A stretch of DNA of 64,000 nucleotides, from contig OZ244821.1 of assembly GCA_965220325.1 (NCBI GenBank), positions 1,331,820 to 1,395,819 of the forward strand, in the 5' to 3' direction. The notes beneath the pieces were generated by a model. The model searched no databases, was not told the origin of the DNA, and was given only the letters and a program-made list of their open reading frames with translations. Source of the stretch: Candidatus Poribacteria bacterium. GTDB lineage: Bacteria; Poribacteria; WGA-4E; WGA-3G. How positions within the stretch are numbered: the stretch's first letter is position 1; every line of letters starts with the position of its first letter. The position numbers and the translations under genes are program-made. Below, one piece after another: positions 60,585-64,000 of the stretch.

Positions 60585-62855
60585 ATGAACAGGTTTTATA
60601 GGGTTCTACTTATATCTACACTGCTAATCGGTTCGGTTGTATTCGCAATCGAAGCACAAAAGGACGAAGCAACCGAAAATTATACAAAATGGGAACTTCC
60701 AAAAGCAGCGAAAGCACGATTCGGAAAAGGTGGGATTAATGCCATTCAATTCTCACCAGATGGCACACAAATCGCTGTCGCAAGTAGCATCGGTATATGG
60801 ATTTACGACCTAAAAACTGGAAAAGAGATAGACATACTACCGGGAAGATCTCAATCCATCGCTTTTTCACCGGATGGCAGATTTATCGCAAGTGGCGGCG
60901 GAAAATTCGCATTTCGTGGCGGCGGACTTCAATTGTGGGAAACAGCCACCGGTCAGAAACTTCAACTTATTGATGGGCATCACTCGGCATCAGAACTGCA
61001 CTTCTCTGAAGATGGAAAAACACTTGTCACTTTAGAAGGCTGGGGAGATGCAATCGGTAGATTAGATGTTGAAACTGGAGAAGGGAATGTCAAAAATATT
61101 GAAGACCGTTCTTGGGAAAAGATGACGCAGCGGAGCAGTCCTGAACCTTATGCACTCACGCACGACAAATTTGCGATCGGAGGTCAGGTCGGGAAGATTG
61201 AATTGTGGGATACAACGACAGGCGAAAAACTGTCTATGCTCAGTGGTCACGGCGGACCTTTACCGGCAGTAGATAGAGAGATCGTAATTCCGGAGGGGGT
61301 TCGTGATCAGATGTTTTTCCCGGACGCGGGTGTTCACGTGTTAGTCTTGAAATTTTCGCCGGACGGAACAAAACTCGCAAGCGGAAGTAAAGATAAAACC
61401 GTCCGATTATGGGATACAAACACTAACGAAGAATTGGTTATCCTACAAAAACATACTGGATGGATAAATGCATTAGCATTCTCCTCCGATGGTAAACAAC
61501 TCGCCAGTGGCTGCACCGACAAAACAGTGAATATATGGGATACCGATACGGGTGAACTCATCGCAACATTCACCGGACATCTAAACGGTATTGTCGCACT
61601 ATCGTTTTCACCCGACGGTAGCATGCTCGCAAGTGGTAGCACGGATGGAACGATAAAATTCTGGAACACCCAAACAAAAGATTTGCTACCTATCAGCATT
61701 ACAGAACATACGAAGTGGGTCAAAACGGTGTCCTTCTCTGAAGATAATTCCGCGCTCGTAAGTGTCGCATTTAACGGCATCATTGACTTTTGGAACCTGA
61801 AGACATGGCAAAAAACCGGTTCTCAAAATGCTGTACATGGGGATTTATTGCGCGGCTCAGTACTTTCACCCGACGGAACAAAACTCGCAAGCGCTGGCGC
61901 AAAAGCCACTATGTTTTTTGAGGCAGGCAGTTCAGGTGCAACCCTCTCCTCTCAAATGGCGGATCGACGAGTTCAGCTAACGGAGGTGGGGACAGGACAT
62001 GAATTAGCAGCCCTAAATGAGACAGATGGTGTAATGGATCCAGGCAACAGTATGGCTTTTTCGCCGGATGGAAAAACAGTAGCCTTTGATGGCTCGGGCA
62101 AAATTTATGTGTGGAATACAGAGACAGGGAACAGCGTTAACATCTCGCTTATAGATGAAGAAAATGTGCCAGAAAATCCAAACAATGCCGATGGAAACGG
62201 TGATTTCGAGTTTCCACCCGGCCTGATGCAGCGTCATATTATACCTTCCATCAGCGCCTTGGTGTTCTCGTCTGACGGAAAGAAACTTATTAGTGGAAAT
62301 ATGGGCGGGAAGGTACAGATGTGGGACGCTGAAACCGGTGTCGCGTTAGCTCCTTTTCTTGCGGGACAGGATATGGAGAAAGCTGTAAAAGGCGGCCCTG
62401 GTAATTTTACTGTTACATATAGTGATATTGTTAGGGCACTTGCGTTCTCTTCAAACGGCACGTTGCTCGCTGTCGGAAGTAACCAAAAAATCCGTTTGTT
62501 GGGGAACAGCAAGCAGCCTCCTCTTAAAGATGCACCACGCGGTGCTGAATCGTTAGTGTTTTCTCCTGATGATACCATCCTCGTTGTGGGACTTAGAATG
62601 GGCGGAATCGAATTATTCGATTTGACAACGGGTAAGAAAATTACCACGCTCAATGGACACACAGCAACAGTAGAGACGTTAGTCTTTTCACCCGATGGAA
62701 AACACTCGTCAGCACAGGACAGGACGGAACTATCCTTGCGTGGGATTGGAACGAAGCCGTTAAATAGTTATAAGTTAAGAACTTGTGTCTGGTACATTTT
62801 CTATTACTGCCACAATAATACTCTTAACCTACCACTTATAACTTACCACTTATAA
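60585..62855 (+). CDS. Secreted WD40 repeat protein, paralog of the sigma-fused WD40 region; 3' end frameshifted
   Basis: ATG at 60585 with GGAGG upstream. Signal peptide MNRFYRVLLISTLLIGSVVFAIEA. Collinear with residues ~330-1008 of the upstream protein. After 62702 the frame departs from the paralog, at an A4 versus A5 run. The paralog-like frame would stop at 62765..62767. Confidence 0.75.
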   Translation: MNRFYRVLLISTLLIGSVVFAIEAQKDEATENYTKWELPKAAKARFGKGGINAIQFSPDGTQIAVASSIGIWIYDLKTGKEIDILPGRSQSIAFSPDGRFIASGGGKFAFRGGGLQLWETATGQKLQLIDGHHSASELHFSEDGKTLVTLEGWGDAIGRLDVETGEGNVKNIEDRSWEKMTQRSSPEPYALTHDKFAIGGQVGKIELWDTTTGEKLSMLSGHGGPLPAVDREIVIPEGVRDQMFFPDAGVHVLVLKFSPDGTKLASGSKDKTVRLWDTNTNEELVILQKHTGWINALAFSSDGKQLASGCTDKTVNIWDTDTGELIATFTGHLNGIVALSFSPDGSMLASGSTDGTIKFWNTQTKDLLPISITEHTKWVKTVSFSEDNSALVSVAFNGIIDFWNLKTWQKTGSQNAVHGDLLRGSVLSPDGTKLASAGAKATMFFEAGSSGATLSSQMADRRVQLTEVGTGHELAALNETDGVMDPGNSMAFSPDGKTVAFDGSGKIYVWNTETGNSVNISLIDEENVPENPNNADGNGDFEFPPGLMQRHIIPSISALVFSSDGKKLISGNMGGKVQMWDAETGVALAPFLAGQDMEKAVKGGPGNFTVTYSDIVRALAFSSNGTLLAVGSNQKIRLLGNSKQPPLKDAPRGAESLVFSPDDTILVVGLRMGGIELFDLTTGKKITTLNGHTATVETLVFSPDGKHSSAQDRTELSLRGIGTKPLNSYKLRTCVWYIFYYCHNNTLNLPLITYHL

Positions 62856-62858
62856 CTA

Positions 62859-63887
62859 TTAAAACCTAATCCTAAGAGACATGCGGTGGCTGCCGCCTAA
62901 TGCGGGGTGATTCGCGAACGCGTAGTCTAACCCAGCACCGGCACCGGTAACGAAGCTTAGGTTCAATCCTGCACCTGCTGTCAAACGTCGAATGCTTTCG
63001 ATACCCTTGCGTTCATCAAAACCGATGCGCAGCGAAAGCAGATCAAAGAGAGTCCATTCAGCACCGCCATGCAACTCAACACCCTCCTGAATATAGGTAT
63101 CCAAAGCGAAAATGAGTGTGCTTTGGAAAATAGCGAGTGCATGTGTCGTCGCAATGCCGATTTTCAGATTCGGCGATATTGTCTCGGTGTGCGAGGCCAA
63201 GTCTGCTGATGGCGGAGGCGTGTTCCAATAAATTTTTGTTTGAAATGCGTCGCTCGCTTGCAATCCGAGCGTCAGGCGATGCGGTCTCTCGGCAGATGTC
63301 GTTGCAACGAAACCGATATCAGCACCCCCACCGATAGCGTTTGTGGTCCGATAGCCACTCATGTAGAGAAGTTTAAGGGTACCGCCGAGATGGAAATTGA
63401 CACCACTGAAGGAAGGGATCGTCCAACCAGAGGAGAGCAGGAACGCGTTGTCTGTATTGTTGAAAGTTCCCATTACCTGTGGACGGTTTGTTGGTCCGAC
63501 AGGACGACTCACGACTGGCAGGCTGGTGATCGGAATATCGTTAACACCGACACGTAGCCAACTGACACCAATCGCGCCACGATTTTTCAGGGGATGGATG
63601 TAACTCACAAAATCGTAAGCATCCTGTCCGTTGAGTGTGGAATGCATGAAACTGACCTCATATCGGGTAAGTTGCCCCAACCCAGCAGGGTTCCAGTAAG
63701 CCGCGTAAGCGTTATCACTCAACGCAGTACCCGCGCCTCCCATAGCGAGCGCGCGCGCACCGACACCAAGCGTCAGGAAGTCCGCCGTATATCTTGCATC
63801 CACAGATTGGATGGTCCCCGCAAAGAAGGTTATTATGGTCACAAAGAAGTAGACAATATTTTTTTTAAGATGTTTCATTTTTTTCAT
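62859..63887 (-). CDS. PorV/PorQ-like outer-membrane beta-barrel protein (T9SS-associated family; tentative)
   Basis: Signal peptide, then FLTLGVGARALAMGGAGTALSDNAYAAYWNPAGLGQL, a motif characteristic of PorV/PorQ-type proteins. C-terminal ...HRMSLRIRF. The ATG at 63887 has GAGGTG upstream. Confidence 0.5.
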   Translation of the reverse strand: MKKMKHLKKNIVYFFVTIITFFAGTIQSVDARYTADFLTLGVGARALAMGGAGTALSDNAYAAYWNPAGLGQLTRYEVSFMHSTLNGQDAYDFVSYIHPLKNRGAIGVSWLRVGVNDIPITSLPVVSRPVGPTNRPQVMGTFNNTDNAFLLSSGWTIPSFSGVNFHLGGTLKLLYMSGYRTTNAIGGGADIGFVATTSAERPHRLTLGLQASDAFQTKIYWNTPPPSADLASHTETISPNLKIGIATTHALAIFQSTLIFALDTYIQEGVELHGGAEWTLFDLLSLRIGFDERKGIESIRRLTAGAGLNLSFVTGAGAGLDYAFANHPALGGSHRMSLRIRF

Positions 63888-64000
63888 GATTAACACCTCA
63901 GTACTGATCCATTTCATTACACGGTGGTTTCCAACGTGTTCAAACCCCTTCGGATGCTTCTAAACCAGCTGGAACTGACCAAAAACCATCGTGAAACGTA

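Noticed and set aside
63918-64000. Minus-strand frame open to the right edge and ending at 63918..63920 (...GLNTLETTV*), 31 nt upstream of the PorV-like start
   Set aside because: Only 27 codons are visible, too little to call a gene or family. It is noted because it may be an operon partner of the PorV-like gene.

Overview
Bacterial chromosomal window, densely coding except for one 0.9-kb gene-free gap. I saw no rRNA, tRNA or CRISPR.

**1-12.6 kb, housekeeping and metabolism:** a tandem-duplicated YibE/F membrane protein, uvrC, trmB, an SDR epimerase, a glnD-like gene, a small RHH protein, an esterase, an O-methyltransferase and a Gfo/Idh/MocA oxidoreductase.

**12.9-20.6 kb, minus-strand envelope cluster:**
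- Two tandem paralogous small lipoproteins, each behind a textbook sigma54 promoter and a conserved 54-nt leader hairpin.
- A PD40/TolB-like propeller and a LamG protein.
- A ~1100-aa Asp-rich outer-membrane beta-barrel candidate.
- A six-bladed YWTD (LDL-receptor class B) propeller.

**20.7-25.2 kb:** two glycoside-hydrolase-like genes and dprA.

**26.2-46.1 kb, the most unusual part:** five consecutive plus-strand genes for giant modular surface proteins.
- Domains include 24-residue LRRs, cadherin repeats, a duplicated jelly-roll cassette, lamin-tail domains, a metzincin head and cohesin/dockerin.
- An unrecognised ~100-aa repeat occurs 18 times.
- Four of the five proteins end in a T9SS-type C-terminal sorting domain.
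- One gene is cleanly split by a 1440-bp IS with 29-bp inverted repeats and a 9-bp target duplication.

**47.7-63.9 kb, envelope and signalling:**
- A 1491-aa Reg_prop propeller protein next to a second Asp-rich OMP paralog.
- A BlaI/BlaR1-like pair whose sensor carries a lamin-tail domain.
- An ECF sigma factor fused through one TM helix to a large WD40 region.
- A secreted WD40 paralog with a homopolymer frameshift.
- A PorV/PorQ-like OMP.

Several short intergenic repeat families recur across the window.

The domain repertoire (eukaryote-like LRR, cadherin, YWTD and WD40, plus T9SS-type tails) resembles what is reported for sponge-associated Poribacteria and neighbouring candidate phyla. 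That assignment is inference only. All family calls come from motif recognition by eye, with no searches run.
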